A model generated the notes under the pieces. It was not told the DNA's origin. It worked only from the letters and a program-made list of their open reading frames with translations, and did no database searches. Position numbers and translations under genes: made by a program. A DNA stretch of 63,960 bases, filler included, from Octopus bimaculoides (Eukaryota): NCBI RefSeq assembly GCF_001194135.2. It is 6 parts of 5 records of this genome, joined end to end, with 100 filler letters (N's around TTAATTAATTAA, not from the genome) between each part and the next. Parts side by side here need not be neighbours in the genome. Positions count along the whole stretch, not along the records: positions 41,891 to 51,077 come from NC_068989.1; positions 51,178 to 60,165 come from NC_068981.1; positions 60,266 to 62,466 come from NC_068981.1; positions 62,567 to 63,960 come from NW_026307120.1; 2 more parts are not named here. The stretch is one strand, 5' to 3'. The stretch's first letter is position 1. Every line of letters begins with the position of its first letter. This document shows positions 51,059 to 63,960 of the stretch, in pieces.

Positions 51059-51252
51059 TAGTAGTGTCAGTGACTACNNNNNNNNNNNNNNNNNNNNNNN
51101 NNNNNNNNNNNNNNNNNNNNNTTAATTAATTAANNNNNNNNNNNNNNNNNNNNNNNNNNNNNNNNNNNNNNNNNNNNATATGTATATAAGTACAGACATA
51201 TATCTACACATATATATGCATATCTATGATATATATAAATGTATTATATATG

Positions 51253-51286
<34 letters not shown>

Positions 51287-52287
51287 CATACATGCGCATT
51301 GGCAAACACATATAATGGATGATATACATATATTATTAAAAGAAAAAAATATAATTAACATGATGATAATATGATATTGAACGTGTATGTGCGAATATTT
51401 GCGGGCAATAATATATGGAATAAAGTTTTTCCATACGTATGCCTGAATATGTACACACACACACACACACGCACACAAACACACACACATACACACACAC
51501 ACGCACACGTACACACGCATATGTCAGCATATTCACACGTAAACGCACGCATTCACTAACATACGCACAGACATATCTGAAATTTCATGTTTATGCATAT
51601 AGATGAGCCGCACCTCTCTGTGTGTATAGTTTTCTGTTCTGGAAATTTATGTAGTGTATATATATATATATATACACACATATAAGTGCATATGTGTGGG
51701 TTTAAATCATNNNNNNNNNNNNNNNNNNNNNNNNNNNNNNNNNNNNNNNNNNNNNNNNNNNNNNNNNNNNNNNNNNNNNNNNNNNNNNNNNNNNNNNNNN
51801 NNNNNNNNNNNNNNNNNNNNNNNNNNNNNNNNNNNNNNNNNNNNNNNNNNNNNNNNNNNNNNNNNNNNNNNNNNNNNNNNNNNNNNNNNNNNNNNNNNNT
51901 ATATATATATATGTATTTATGTATATATGTACACATATATGTATGTATATGTATGTGTCTTGTGTATATATATATATATATACACACATATAAGTGCATA
52001 TGTGTGGGTTTAAATCATGTTGTTATTACATGCAATTAAGTGTAAGTTTCCGATATTCTTAGATAGAATGGAATCATATTTCTCAAATTCCCTGTCTGTT
52101 TGACTCGCTCGCGGCGTATTCTGTTTCTGATTCTCAGATGGTTATTTTATGGGATCTGATGTTTCTTATAAAGAGAACCAGTAGATCCTACCGCTTAGAT
52201 TGAAATCAGCTTGGACACATAACAACAATATATCAGAATTATGTATGTTTATAAGTAATTAATATATAAAACAACACTTTGTATATA

Positions 52288-52520
52288 CGACGGAGTGCTG
52301 GAAAGTTCCTGGCTTTAAAGGTAGTCGCCAAAGCCTTGGTTGGTGGACTCAAACTTCCGAGTTCTTATTCCGCGTTCTTATTCAGGGTTTAGAAAAACTG
52401 AAAGACCGCTGCAACATATGTGCGAATCTGAGAGGGTAATATGTTGAATGGAGTCATAATTAACTGATCTTCCTCTGTTTTCTTTTACGCAAGAGCCAAG
52501 AATTTTTCTGCTCCCCCTCA
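52288..52520. mobile_element. Mariner-derived MITE
   Basis: TA-cgacggagtgctggaaagttcctggc ... gccaagaatttttctgctccccctca-TA. Internal cagggtttagaaaaactg...gagggtaatatgttgaat resembles the mariner C-terminal GIEKL...KC...GDYVE. Confidence 0.7.
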
Positions 52521-52949
52521 TACATATGACAAAGGTAATCTTTAGAAATTTTATTTTTAACCTTATGAGACTAAACTTTTGTGAAATCTAGTGAACGTTA
52601 AATACCGAGATATTTAGGAAGTTTATGATAAATTTCATTTAGTTTTTATATTCCAATTACAATGAAACTGTTTTATTGATGATTTTTTACATACTCTTTG
52701 ATTCGTCAATGCCCCTCATGAATATTCGCCATGAATATCCTTTACTAGAATTCTACATGAATTTCTCAGTGGCCCCTACTATATGTGTTATATATGTTAA
52801 TAATATTAGTAAGTAATATTATTCGTAGAGCAAGTATGCAGTCCTGAACAGGACACTCGGATTTACCCAGCGAGAAAAGTAAAGAGAGCCTAGCAACTTA
52901 TGGTTTGCTCGGGCAGTTTGGATATATATATATATATATATACATACAT

Positions 52950-53205
52950 AGACTAGACTGGCAGTCCGTCGGTTACGACGACGTGGGTTCCAGTCGATCT
53001 AATCAACAGAACAGCTTGTTCGTGAAATTAAGGTGCAAGTGACTGGGCACTCCACACACACTTGTACTCCTAATGTAGTTCTCAGGGAAATTCAGAGTAA
53101 CACGAAGTGTGTCAAGGCTGGCCCTTTCAATTACATGTACTACTATTTTTTGGCAGCTGAGTAGACTGGAGCATAATGAAATAAAGTGTCTTGCTCAAGG
53201 ACACA
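52950..53205 (-). mobile_element. SINE family D core with a different tail
   Basis: cagctgagtagactggagcataatgaaataaagtgtcttgctcaagg core; the tail differs from 35483-35669. Confidence 0.6.
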
Positions 53206-53890
53206 CACACACACACACACATACACACACACACACATATATGCATATATATATACATATATATATATAATGTAGATATAATATGCATTATGTATATATA
53301 TATATATATATATNNNNNNNNNNNNNNNNNNNNNNNNNNNNNNNNNNNNNNNNNNNNNNNNNNNNNNNNNNNNNNNNNNNNNNNNNNNNNNNNNNNNNNN
53401 NNNNNNNNNNNNNNNNNNNNNNNNNNNNNNNNNNNNNNNNNNNNNNNNNNNNNNNNNNNNNNNNNNNNNNNNNNNNNNNNNNNNNNNNNNNNNNNNNNNN
53501 NNNNNNNNNNNNNNNNNNNNNNNNNNNNNNNNNNNNNNNNNNNNNNNNNNNNNNNNNNNNNNNNNNNNNNNNNNNNNNNNNNNNNNNNNNNNNNNNNNNN
53601 NNNNNNNNNNNNNNNNNNNNNNNNNNNNNNNNNNNNNNNNNNNNNNNNNNNNNNNNNNNNNNNNNNNNNNNNNNNNNNNNNNNNNNNNNNNNNNNNNNNN
53701 NNNNNNNNNNNNNNNNNNNNNNNNNNNNNNNNNNNNNNNNNNNNNNNNNNNNNNNNNNNNNNNNNNNNNNNNNNNNNNNNNNNNNNNNNNNNNNNNNNNG
53801 ATTTGTTGCTTCTGCTAACCCATTTGTATTTTATACTTCAATAGTTCACTGATATTCGAATATGATATTGGATAAGAGGAGGAGCGGGAA

Positions 53891-54030
53891 GAGAGAGACA
53901 GGGATAAAGAGAGAGAGACAGGGATAAAGAGAGAGAGACAGGGATAAAGAGAGAGAGTCAGGGATAAAGAGAGAGAGACAGGGATAAAGAGAGAGAGACA
54001 GGGATAAAGAGAGAGAGACAGGGATAAAGA
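53891..54030. repeat. Minisatellite, 7 x 20 bp (gagagagacagggataaaga)
   Basis: Directly visible, one substitution. Confidence 0.95.
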
Positions 54031-55090
54031 GAGAGAGAGAGAGAGGTGCAGGAAATAAGTAATTAAGCTTTCACAGAATTCTCTCTTCTCTACTTCCTTC
54101 TCAAACATTTTTCCATCTCCTCCTCTATCTCTTGTCTATTCCAAGATACTGGATCGAATTTCTTCGAGAGTGCAGATATTCTAGAGTAACGTGTTTCTAC
54201 TCACAATATTTTGCTAGATATAAGTAGTTACATGCGAAGAGAAGTAGATACATAGATAAAGGGTTAGATTGACCGAAAGACAGACAGAAAACAGACAAGT
54301 AGACAGACATGCAGACAGGTAGACAGACAGATAGAGATAGATAGATTGATAGTTAGACGGAGTGATGAATAAGTAAATAAGTAGGGGGTTGAAAACTAGA
54401 GAGATGGATGGATAGACAGACAGATAGATTTATATATAGGTGAATAAAGTAAGGGTGAAAAATAAATAGACACACATTAGGGTCTAAATAGAAAAATAGG
54501 TGGCTGAATCAATAGATGCATGGAAGAATAGAATATGCGAGACAGATTTTGATAGAACTGCGTTCTGAAACATGTGATTACAGAAAGAAACACAGATAGA
54601 CAGAAAAATTAATAGACTGGATTGATTTGCAACTAAATATATATTTAAACATACAAATATATAGTAAATGAGATTCAAGAAGTTTTATGTACGTAGATGT
54701 GTGTGCGTGTGTATCTCCGTGTATATATGTGTATATTAACATATGTATATAAGCATGTATGCCGGCTTGCCTAATCTACAGGGTAGCATCATTCGAAAGT
54801 TACAACATGTGGTGGAGCGCATTGTAATCAGCAGGATACAACAGCATTCGGTAGCATAGTCGATTCACTGAAACAGTGTTATAAACATAAGTACATGTGT
54901 GTGCATGTTTCTACCAATCTCTTATTGAATGTACATTGAATAATGCTAATTATTTTCATTGTTTACCAGAATATACGTATATATATATTACACTACCTTC
55001 GGTATTCGAGTACTATTTTTTACACCTTGTTTTGCATTTATGTGCTTACTGGTGTATACATACATACATACATACATACATACGCCTGGG

Positions 55091-55161
<71 letters not shown>

Positions 55162-55457
55162 GAAACATTCAAACACTGAGATTTGAAGTTAGATGTCACT
55201 ACTGTTCATATCATCTGTGGATAAATTCTAAATTTGATGATATCACCAGTAGTGGCATGGGTGGAACGCAGTTATAATAGCTTTAACCAGCTATGAATTA
55301 TAAATTTGCACGGAGCGTAATGATGCTTAATGAGCATCTACCTGCTAGAAATAAGAGCTAAGTCTTAAATTAATCCACTGTAGCGCACCAATATAACAGA
55401 GTAAAACAGTATGCGAGGAAAACAGAAAGAATTATATATATGTGTGTGTGTGTGTGT

Positions 55458-55558
<101 letters not shown>

Positions 55559-55803
55559 TGTCCAAAATCACGCCGGACGTGGAGGAGGAGAGAAAATAGT
55601 AATTTAGTGAAGGAGAAGTAGTGAGAATAATAGCCCTGACTGACAGGGAGTGAGAGAAAGTAATAGCAAAGGGAGAAAGGAAGGGGTGATAGATGAATAA
55701 GGAATATACTCTGTGTGAGTATATGTGTGTATGTGTGTGCGTGTACAAGGGAAGTGTGTGAATGTTTGTACGTGTGATTATTATGTAGCCTAATTTCTAC
55801 CTC

Positions 55804-56113
55804 ATTACCTCCACCTTAGCGAAGGCGGAGGTATTCTCTTCGGTCATATTTATTTGTTTGTCCGTGGACAAGATATCTCAAGAACCGCAGGATGGATTCA
55901 GATGGAATTTTCAGGAATGTTTGGCCTCGTGACTGGCACGAACTGATTAGATTTGGGGATTGGGAGCGGTCGGGTTCATTTTTAGTATTCTCGTTCGTGA
56001 GAGCAGTCGAGTATACTTCAGATATTCTCATTTTAAAAATCATCTCTGGCTAATCGTTGAAAGGACGTTGGTGTTGCCTTGGCGGAGGTTTGCGTTCTCT
56101 AAGTGCTCTTGTT
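55804..56113 (+). mobile_element. HINE/DINE-1-like non-autonomous Helentron derivative
   Basis: 5' palindrome tacctccacctt-agcg-aaggcggaggta (55806-55833), short (TTTG)-like tract, 3' subTIR ccttggcggaggt (56077-56089), then a degenerate stem-loop and a tcttgttt end. Confidence 0.7.
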
Positions 56114-56987
56114 TATATATAAAATACCACAATTATCCGTCATTGTTGATGGCACGTGGTCAGCTAGTAAATCATAAACATCCTCACTTACATTTAGTCT
56201 TCACTTATATCAAATGTAAGTGACTAATAAAGTCGCTTACACTTGATGGCATTTGAAATTAAATCGGTGATTATAACCAAACCTCTTGTCACAGAGCACA
56301 GCTGAAAGCGCTTATATGCATTTCAAAACTATTCCAATGACTTTGAGCGATTCTGTCATTTCTTCATAGATTAAAAGGATCTTAACTGAATTGTCACATC
56401 TTTCAAAATGTCCGCTAAATAACTGCATGTTTTGAAATACTAACGCCAGTAATTCACTTGTAATGGTTTGAAAGGTCAATTTCATCACAATTTTATAACA
56501 CTGGAATATATACTCCATTTATTCGTAATATCAAAATTATAAACGTTGAAGTATATCATTTATAATGTCCGCAAAATATAGCAAATTCGAAACGGAAGCC
56601 TTAGAAGTACACGTATGGGGCAAAGAATTTTTTTAAAAACACTTTGTACCATTTCCTTTCGCCCTTGTCGTTTTGAGTTCAAATCACTCTGAGATCGACT
56701 TTGACTTTTAGGTCGATAAAATAAATACCAGAAAAGTACTTGGCTTGATGAAATCGACTTCTTAGCTGCTGAAAAAGGCTAGTGTTGTACCAAAAGTAGA
56801 AGTAAAATATAAATGATTATTAGATATTAAGCCATATATATATATATATTATTTTATTTAAAAGTGTTCCAACTCTGTCTGTTTTTTATGTTTTTTATTT
56901 ATATTCTTGTAAAATTTATGTGGGATATATTATATGGAATATATAATATATAATATTAAAAAGGATGGATGGTACAATGAAATGAAG

Positions 56988-57110
56988 TATTGAATGTCTT
57001 ATTGAATGTCTTATTGAATGTCTTATTGAATGTCTTATTGAATGTCTTATTGAATATATGGAATATGTCTTATTGAATATATGGAATATGTCTTATTGAA
57101 TATATGAAAT
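56988..57110. repeat. Compound minisatellite: 5 x 12 bp, then 2 full and 1 partial 23-bp units
   Basis: tattgaatgtct x5 (56988-57047); tattgaatatatggaatatgtct x2 (57048-57093). Confidence 0.95.
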
Positions 57111-57312
57111 ATTGAGTGTTCAATATAAAGGATTAAATATATAAATATATAAAGGCGAATACGTATTTTCTATACCTTGTGATATTTCATCATGGCCGGT
57201 ATGACAGACTGTATATATCCATACACACATCCATATTTATGCATATATTATTATTCTCTTATTCTTTTACTCGTTTGAGTCATTTGACTGCAGGCGTGCT
57301 GGAGCACCGCCT

Positions 57313-57359
<47 letters not shown>

Positions 57360-59176
57360 TATGCGGATATATTTATAGCAGGCTGTTACATTGACATTCA
57401 TTTCGGTATAGCGATTTGAGCGACAATGTTGCTACAGTAATTTTCTCCACGCTGATTTTAATGTTTTGCTGAAGTATTTCTCTGTCTTTATCTTTCGGNN
57501 NNNNNNNNATATATATATACATATATATACATGCTGTATATATATTGTGTGTGTGTGTATTTCTTTTTGCATGCTTAGATTGCTGTACAGAAAAGAAAAT
57601 GGCTTAAAATCTTGCGGAAGGCGATTCATTCAATACATTCGTCTTTGTTTGGCTTGCTTACATAAAACTGCTTGACTCTGCTTCTGTAGACAAATACACG
57701 TCCAATGGCGTCGCTTGCCCTCTTCGCTTTGTTGGATCTTTTAATTAGAATCTCCCAGCGGTTCTCTTTTATTGCATTTTCCTAATGCCTTAAGCTCTGT
57801 AATTATAGATAGATATTGAAATAGCAGCGCCAAAATGTTATATTATTGAAAGAATTTCAGGCCTAGCTAGATAAGACACCATATAATGATGTATCTATGC
57901 ATGTATTTATCTATGTATAGATTTTTCGTACATACAGACACACACATATATATATACATATGTGTACACGCGCACACACACAAACACACATATTACGTAA
58001 ATGTATATTTATGCATTCATAAATGTATTCTCACACTCATTTGATCTATCCAAATGAGAATAAGCCTGCCTCTTCTTTTGTGTTTTTGTCAGTTTTAACT
58101 ATAGATATCCTTATATGAACATACATACACAGATGTACGTACTTGTCCATATCTGCATGAGAAATAGAGAAAGAGAGGGGGAGGGAGAGATAGAGAAAAA
58201 GAGATAGAGAGAGCCAGAGAGAGGGGGAGAGGAGGTATTGTATATTCCGTATAGTGTATTTTCGAAATCTCTTTTATTTATCTTATATCCTCTCTCTGGC
58301 AATTAATCACTCAGTCTTCGGTTTGTCCATCTCCTTCTTGTTTTTTTCTTTCGAACTTCTTTTTCCTCTGTTTCTTCTTTCTTTCTTTTCTTTATCTTGT
58401 TGATATTCCTTTCTTTCACATGTATTTTCTTTTATTTATACTTTCTGTACTTCCATTGAGTTTTATACCGTCTGGAATGTCACCCCACAACCATCATCAC
58501 TATAAACTCCACTTTCACCACCTTTAGCGCCTCACCACTATCACTACTATCTTCCTAATCTCATTCTTTTCTCTCCTCCCTAACCTTTTGTCCTCTTCAT
58601 TTCCAGCACCACTACCACCACTGCAGCAACAACAACAACATCAACAATAATAATAATAACAACAACAACAACAACACTATCATCATGGTCAATCTTCCCG
58701 TCCTCTTCACCATTAACCTTGTTATATGAAAAATATTATTGAAAACAAAGAGCTCGAGCAACAATACCAAATGACTATAGCTATATTAATGACGACACTT
58801 TCCACAACAGAGCCAGTATTGATAAGAATAACAACAACTTTAAAAATTACAAAATAGCAGTCATCCTCTCTAGGATGGTATTTGAAGGAAGAACTTCAAT
58901 TTAATTTGATCGGGAATATAAAGCTAGAAATACATAAGTAAACAGAAAACGCACTCACAAAAAAAAAAAAAATATACAAAAGGTAAAGTAATAAATAGAT
59001 AGGAACATATGTGTTCAGCAAATATCACGATGGTGAGCGAGGAATTAAAAGGGAGATAATTCGTTACTATTACGAAATAATCTACAGCTATAGGCCGAAG
59101 GACTCGTCACATTCCAGCCAAATGGTGTACGGAAATCATTTACACGACACAGATATGTGCAAAATAATAGATACTG

Positions 59177-59238
<62 letters not shown>

Positions 59239-60274
59239 TCTCACGCATGTATAACCTCGTATCGTGTGATAACGATAAGAACATATTCACAACTCATTAA
59301 TATAAATTCGGAATAATTAACGTGTTTCGTAGCCTTATTGCATTGTCTTTGCAATTTCTACCATGCTTATTTCACACTGGAAATAGTTAAGCACCTTCAG
59401 GTTCCACATGTTTTGTATCAGCATACGACACGATGAGTTTTTTTCAATTGCGATTCAACCATGTGTTATGGATATGCATTACACCATTCAAAATTCAAAA
59501 GTACACGTGTTCTCTATTTTTTCATTCGTAGCTCTCCCTCCTTTAATTTATGTAGATCACCCCTGACTTCTCTCATTCTAATATACTCAAGTATTCTTTC
59601 TCTCAGGCTATATCATATTTCTTTTCTTTTCTCTTTATACGAAATACAGTGAATATTGGCAGAAGACCAGAACCTATGTTAAAGAAGGTTATAGCCAATT
59701 ACATCAACGCTAACAATTCAATGATACTAAAGCGATAGGTTAAGTCGATATCGATATCACAAGAATTCGGACAGAAGTCGCTGAGCGATGTACCTAAGTA
59801 TCGCAATCCCCCTTTTCCAATTATTACTCCGATAATTATTATAAGTAAAAATAATAATTATGAACAAGGCCAGAGATTTTAAAGAGACAAAACGTACATT
59901 CGAGAAAATTGAGTGACAGGCATTTAAATTTTAGTGATATTTAAATAAAACTGACAGATAATAGTTATTTGAATGTTACTGAAAATATAACGAACCGATA
60001 CTCAGCAGCAAACTTCGGATGATTGGAAAAAGTGTTCTATAATTTATAAATGAGTTCATTTATGTAGCTTTGTAGACGATTAAGAAGATGAGCATAATAT
60101 CCGTGTATTGAGTTCAGTTCATTTTATCCAAATCTATCAATCTAAACATCTATCTATTATTATCTNNNNNNNNNNNNNNNNNNNNNNNNNNNNNNNNNNN
60201 NNNNNNNNNTTAATTAATTAANNNNNNNNNNNNNNNNNNNNNNNNNNNNNNNNNNNNNNNNNNNNATATATATG

Positions 60275-60470
60275 TGTGTGTGTGTATGTGTGTTTGTCCC
60301 CCCAACCGATGCTGGTGTGTTTACGCCCCCGTAACTTAGCGGTTCGGCAAAAGGGTCCGATAGAATAAGTACTAGGCTTACAAAGAATAAGTCCTGGGGT
60401 CGATTTGCTCGACTAAAGATGGTACTCTAGCATGGTCACAGTCAAATGACTGAAACAAGTAAAAGAGTAT
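60275..60470 (+). mobile_element. SINE family B, 3' half
   Basis: aaccgatgctggtgtgtttacg...gactgaaacaagtaaaagag. Confidence 0.85.
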
Positions 60471-62304
60471 ACTTATATTTCTAAATTTCAACTGATATAA
60501 GGGAGATAACAATTCAGAATTCGCCCCCTTTATCTGTATATTCTTTGGCTATTCCAAAACCCTATGTAAATGAAGAATGAATTAGAAAAATCCTCCAAAA
60601 GGTGATATAAATATACAGTCTGGCACACCTATAGTTTGCATGATTGCCAACGTGAAAATCGAAAATGGCGGCCAATTTCCAAGATGGCGTCCAGCATTAA
60701 AAATTAATAGGGGGAGAATTCAAAAAAACAAAAGACGAAGACAGGTGGTGTAGACAACAAACAGATGCATTAGTATAACGCTCGAGAAGTGAAATCGCAA
60801 TTATTAAAAATTAATAATTGCGATAAACAGGAAATAACTTTTATTATAATAAACGTTTTTTTATTATGAAATGTTTTACACAAATAGCCATATTTTGAGG
60901 GATTTTTCTACTATCGGATCTTTTTCCCTTTGAACGGCACATCGAGAAATTAATTTTTTGTAACTAAACACTTTCAAACTTCGGACACTGGTAGAATGTG
61001 TCATATAAAACATCTTTTACTCTTAGTGTTGTTGAGAAAAGTTTATATTGTTGTCGTATTTCAGTAATTTCAACCAATCAATGATGTGTATTCAGCTGAA
61101 TAAAATTACTGCCGCTGGTTGTCAACAACAACTATCGGCGGTGTATATTTCGTTTGTCACTGTTATTTATGACATCGTTCGTGCGTTTGTACTGGGTTTA
61201 GCTCTATCCGGTCTGTGATTGGCCGAATAAAAAGGCTCCTTCTACAACGTCCAATCAGGCTCTCTCTGCTACATATAAATGTGGCTGCGCCCATGTTTAA
61301 TTGAGTTTCTTCCTTCGCTTCCATAAGGACTCCCGGCTTTGAGTCTTGTTCTATCGCGGCGTTAACGTTGGCTTCTTTCACACAAGAACAATTCTTCACC
61401 CACGTGCGTCAGCAGATTTGACCAAACCTAATACCGTTATCTTTCATACTTTCTAGAAACTCTTTTATCAAGCTTCGGTCTATATACACAAAGTACATCA
61501 ATATCCACACGCATTCTTCACCAGAATTCTTATACACGGTAATGATGCGTACTTAACCCACAGCTACAATAAACTTTATAATCTTAAAAGTCGAGTTGTT
61601 GTACATCACCGCTCAGTTATCGATCATACGAACACAGTTGGCGACGTCTGTCTGCTACACACTGCTATCAACAACTACCGTCGCCGACATCGTGTCTTCA
61701 ACCAAAAACTATGGAGTCAACCCGACGTGAGGACAACATTCCCCCTCCAGCTGGAATAATACATATAATGTTCCAGTTGGGAAAGAGAGAGACGAAACCG
61801 AGTAGAATGTTTGAGAGATGATTTATTGATATGTTAACTTGTGTGCGTCATGTATACAGAATAATATGTGTGTATAGGCATGAATGTATGCGTGTGCGTT
61901 AAGTACATATAAGAATAGTAATGAAGACAACAGTGAAAGAGTCTATAATGAGAAGTTAGACGAATGTTCATAGACACAAGAATGAGAAATACCAGTTCGT
62001 AGTCAATTGTACACGGCGATAGAAATACTTGATGATGCTGAGCCGGTTACTGTACATGTCGTACGTGAAGTTGTGGCTGTAATGCTGCTGCCTGGGTCAC
62101 TTGTATAGGAGTTCTCGCAGGTTGTATCTTTGCTGTTAACCATGGTGAAGTACTTCACAAACAGTGCTATATTGGAACCTGTGCAGTGTTGCTTGTGCGT
62201 ATGTATGCATGTATAAATATAGTCATTCCCACGTGTATTTATATGTAATCGTTATTTCTCCAATGTTTAAAATAAGCCCAAAGAAATTTTCGAAACTAAA
62301 TATA

Positions 62305-62466
62305 GTAGTGGCTGTGTGGTAAGTAGCTTGCCTACGAACCACATGGTTCCGGGTTCAGTCCCTCTGCGTGGCACGTTGGGCAAGTGTCTTCTACTATAGC
62401 CACGGGCCGACCAAAGCCTTGTGAGTGGATTTGGTAGACGGAAACTGAAAGAAGCCCGTCGTATAT
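62305..62466 (+). mobile_element. SINE family B, 5' half (cut by a gap)
   Basis: gtggctgtgtggtaagtagcttgc...gaagcccgtcg. Confidence 0.85.
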
Positions 62467-63339
62467 NNNNNNNNNNNNNNNNNNNNNNNNNNNNNNNNNN
62501 NNNNNNNNNNTTAATTAATTAANNNNNNNNNNNNNNNNNNNNNNNNNNNNNNNNNNNNNNNNNNNNCATCGGAAATAAAGACAACAAATGGAGTCTAAAA
62601 TAACTGACAAAGTGTTGGCCTATATCCGAGTAAGTAATACTCATTCAAATTTATGTCTATTTCCCAAACGAAACGATGTATTTTAACTGTGTATCATCTC
62701 CGCCACTCGCACAACACATGTAAACACGCTCGCCACATTACGATCCAATCAACATCTCCGTCTCCAACCACCATGCATTAAAAAAAATTAATTAAATGAC
62801 ACCCGTGAAGTAAGTACTTGAAAGTTGTTATACAAAGAGTAGGAAAAACCACGCGTGCAAAACCCTTTAACACCGGAAGTCAACGGACCGTTACCCTACA
62901 GAATAAACAGGTGGACATTATTCCTTATGTCCTGCAAATAAAATCAAAAAAGCATAAATTGATACGTGAGGAATATATTTCAATCCTACACGCTTCTTTG
63001 ACAACAGTACTCTGCTCACAGAACGAAAGCACAATGATATATACATATGAGATCTGCAAGCGAAATATCCTATATAAAGATTTGGATACAGCAATGAACC
63101 CTAATAAACTAGCTAACATACGGAGATATATTCTCAAAACAAAACAAAAAAATAACAGAAATAGAAATAGAACACTTAAAAGGAAAAATGTATCAGGAAA
63201 AACACAGGTAGTAGGCACACAGCAATGCGAAATAATATCATAAGCACTGGGATCGTAAAATACGAAGACAGACGTAACATGTCCAACAAATACGAAGTAA
63301 ACAACGAAAGACAACAAACCGAGAGCAGAACCAGAGACA

Positions 63340-63812
63340 ATGTCTGAGTGGCTCCCAGACGAGAAAACTATCCTAATTCCAAAATCCACTGAAACGACAA
63401 ACCCACAATATTAAAGAACGATAACTTGTCTCCCTACAATTTACAGTGCCTTTGCTGCATTAATATCGCAGAAAACGATCAAACAACTGGAAGAAAAAGA
63501 ACTGCTTCAGGAAGAGCAGAAGAGATGCTGCAAGGGCCCATACGGCTGTAAAGATCAGCTACTGATCAATAAAGCCATAACGGAAGACAACCGCCAAATA
63601 AAAACGGACTAGGTATGGCTGGGATTGATTACCGAAAGGCTTTTGATAGTCTTCTCCACACATGAATCCTAGAAATACTAGCCATGAACAAGGTAGCACC
63701 AATAATCATGAAATATATAAAACATTCCATGAATAAATGGCAGACAGTGCTATAGCTCCAAACCAAAGCCATCTCCGTTAGAAGAGGAATATTCCAGGGT
63801 GACTCGTTTTCT
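63340..63812 (+). pseudogene. R4/NeSL-like (RLE-type) non-LTR retrotransposon RT relic
   Basis: EWLPDEKTILIPK...RTITCLPTIY...EEQKRCCKGPYGCKDQLLINK, frameshift, GIDYRKAFDSLLH...RRGIFQGDSFS. Several stops. The upstream ORF 62818-63243 may be part of the same element. Confidence 0.85.
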
Positions 63813-63819
63813 TCCCCCT

Positions 63820-63890
63820 TTCCACTGCCGGGAATCGAACTCGTAATCTTGGGGTTAGTAGCCCGCCTCTTAACAACTACGCCATATGAC
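63820..63890 (-). mobile_element. tRNA-derived SINE head truncating the RT relic
   Basis: Minus strand ggcgtagttgttaagaggcgggctactaaccccaagattacgagttcgattcccgg: A and B boxes present, acceptor stem not intact. Confidence 0.55.
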
Positions 63891-63960
63891 AGTGACCTGA
63901 TTAATAATAATATTGAAGGGGACAATATCAAGCACTCAGTGATGAGGGAAAGGATCAGAA

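Noticed and set aside
51650-52020. About 60-bp direct duplication on both sides of an N gap
   Set aside because: Probably overlapping contig ends or two microsatellite alleles.
56960-56990. DGWYN-like string resembling the SLC7 YDGWN motif
   Set aside because: No acceptor, flanked by stops, and it runs into a minisatellite.
63820-63890. tRNA gene (also 14005-14090 and the SINE A/B/D heads)
   Set aside because: A and B boxes are present, but acceptor or D stems are broken and the sequences are repeat-associated.

Overview
AT-rich, repeat-dense, gapped eukaryotic genomic DNA. The SINE, LINE and microsatellite content looks like an Octopus (coleoid cephalopod) draft scaffold; this is inferred from recognising the repeats, not from a search. 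The only host gene I can support is the 5' part of a + strand SLC7A9-like (b0,+AT) amino-acid transporter light chain. It has four GT-AG coding exons (10800-10878, 13514-13615, 19123-19365, 21072-21197; about 183 codons) and a candidate CpG-rich promoter at about 10.4 kb. I found no later exon in the remaining 43 kb of visible sequence. Everything else is mobile DNA or simple repeat: three tRNA-derived SINE families, RTE LINE 3' ends plus one long truncated copy, CR1-type and R4-type RT relics, a Gypsy pol fragment between two direct repeats, mariner relics, hAT/piggyBac/Merlin-like MITEs, and a HINE-like element. The most notable observations are: (1) a 501-bp near-perfect palindrome about 90 nt upstream of exon 3; (2) an apparent CpG-depleted domain at about 14.6-41 kb that ends near an unknown-size gap; (3) a candidate restorative A-to-I site in exon 2; (4) an array of about 65-bp stem-loop units in the RTE 3'UTR. 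Nearly all ORFs in the supplied track are microsatellite or N-gap artefacts. I see no CRISPR, rRNA or bona fide tRNA, and I cannot claim a proven new system.
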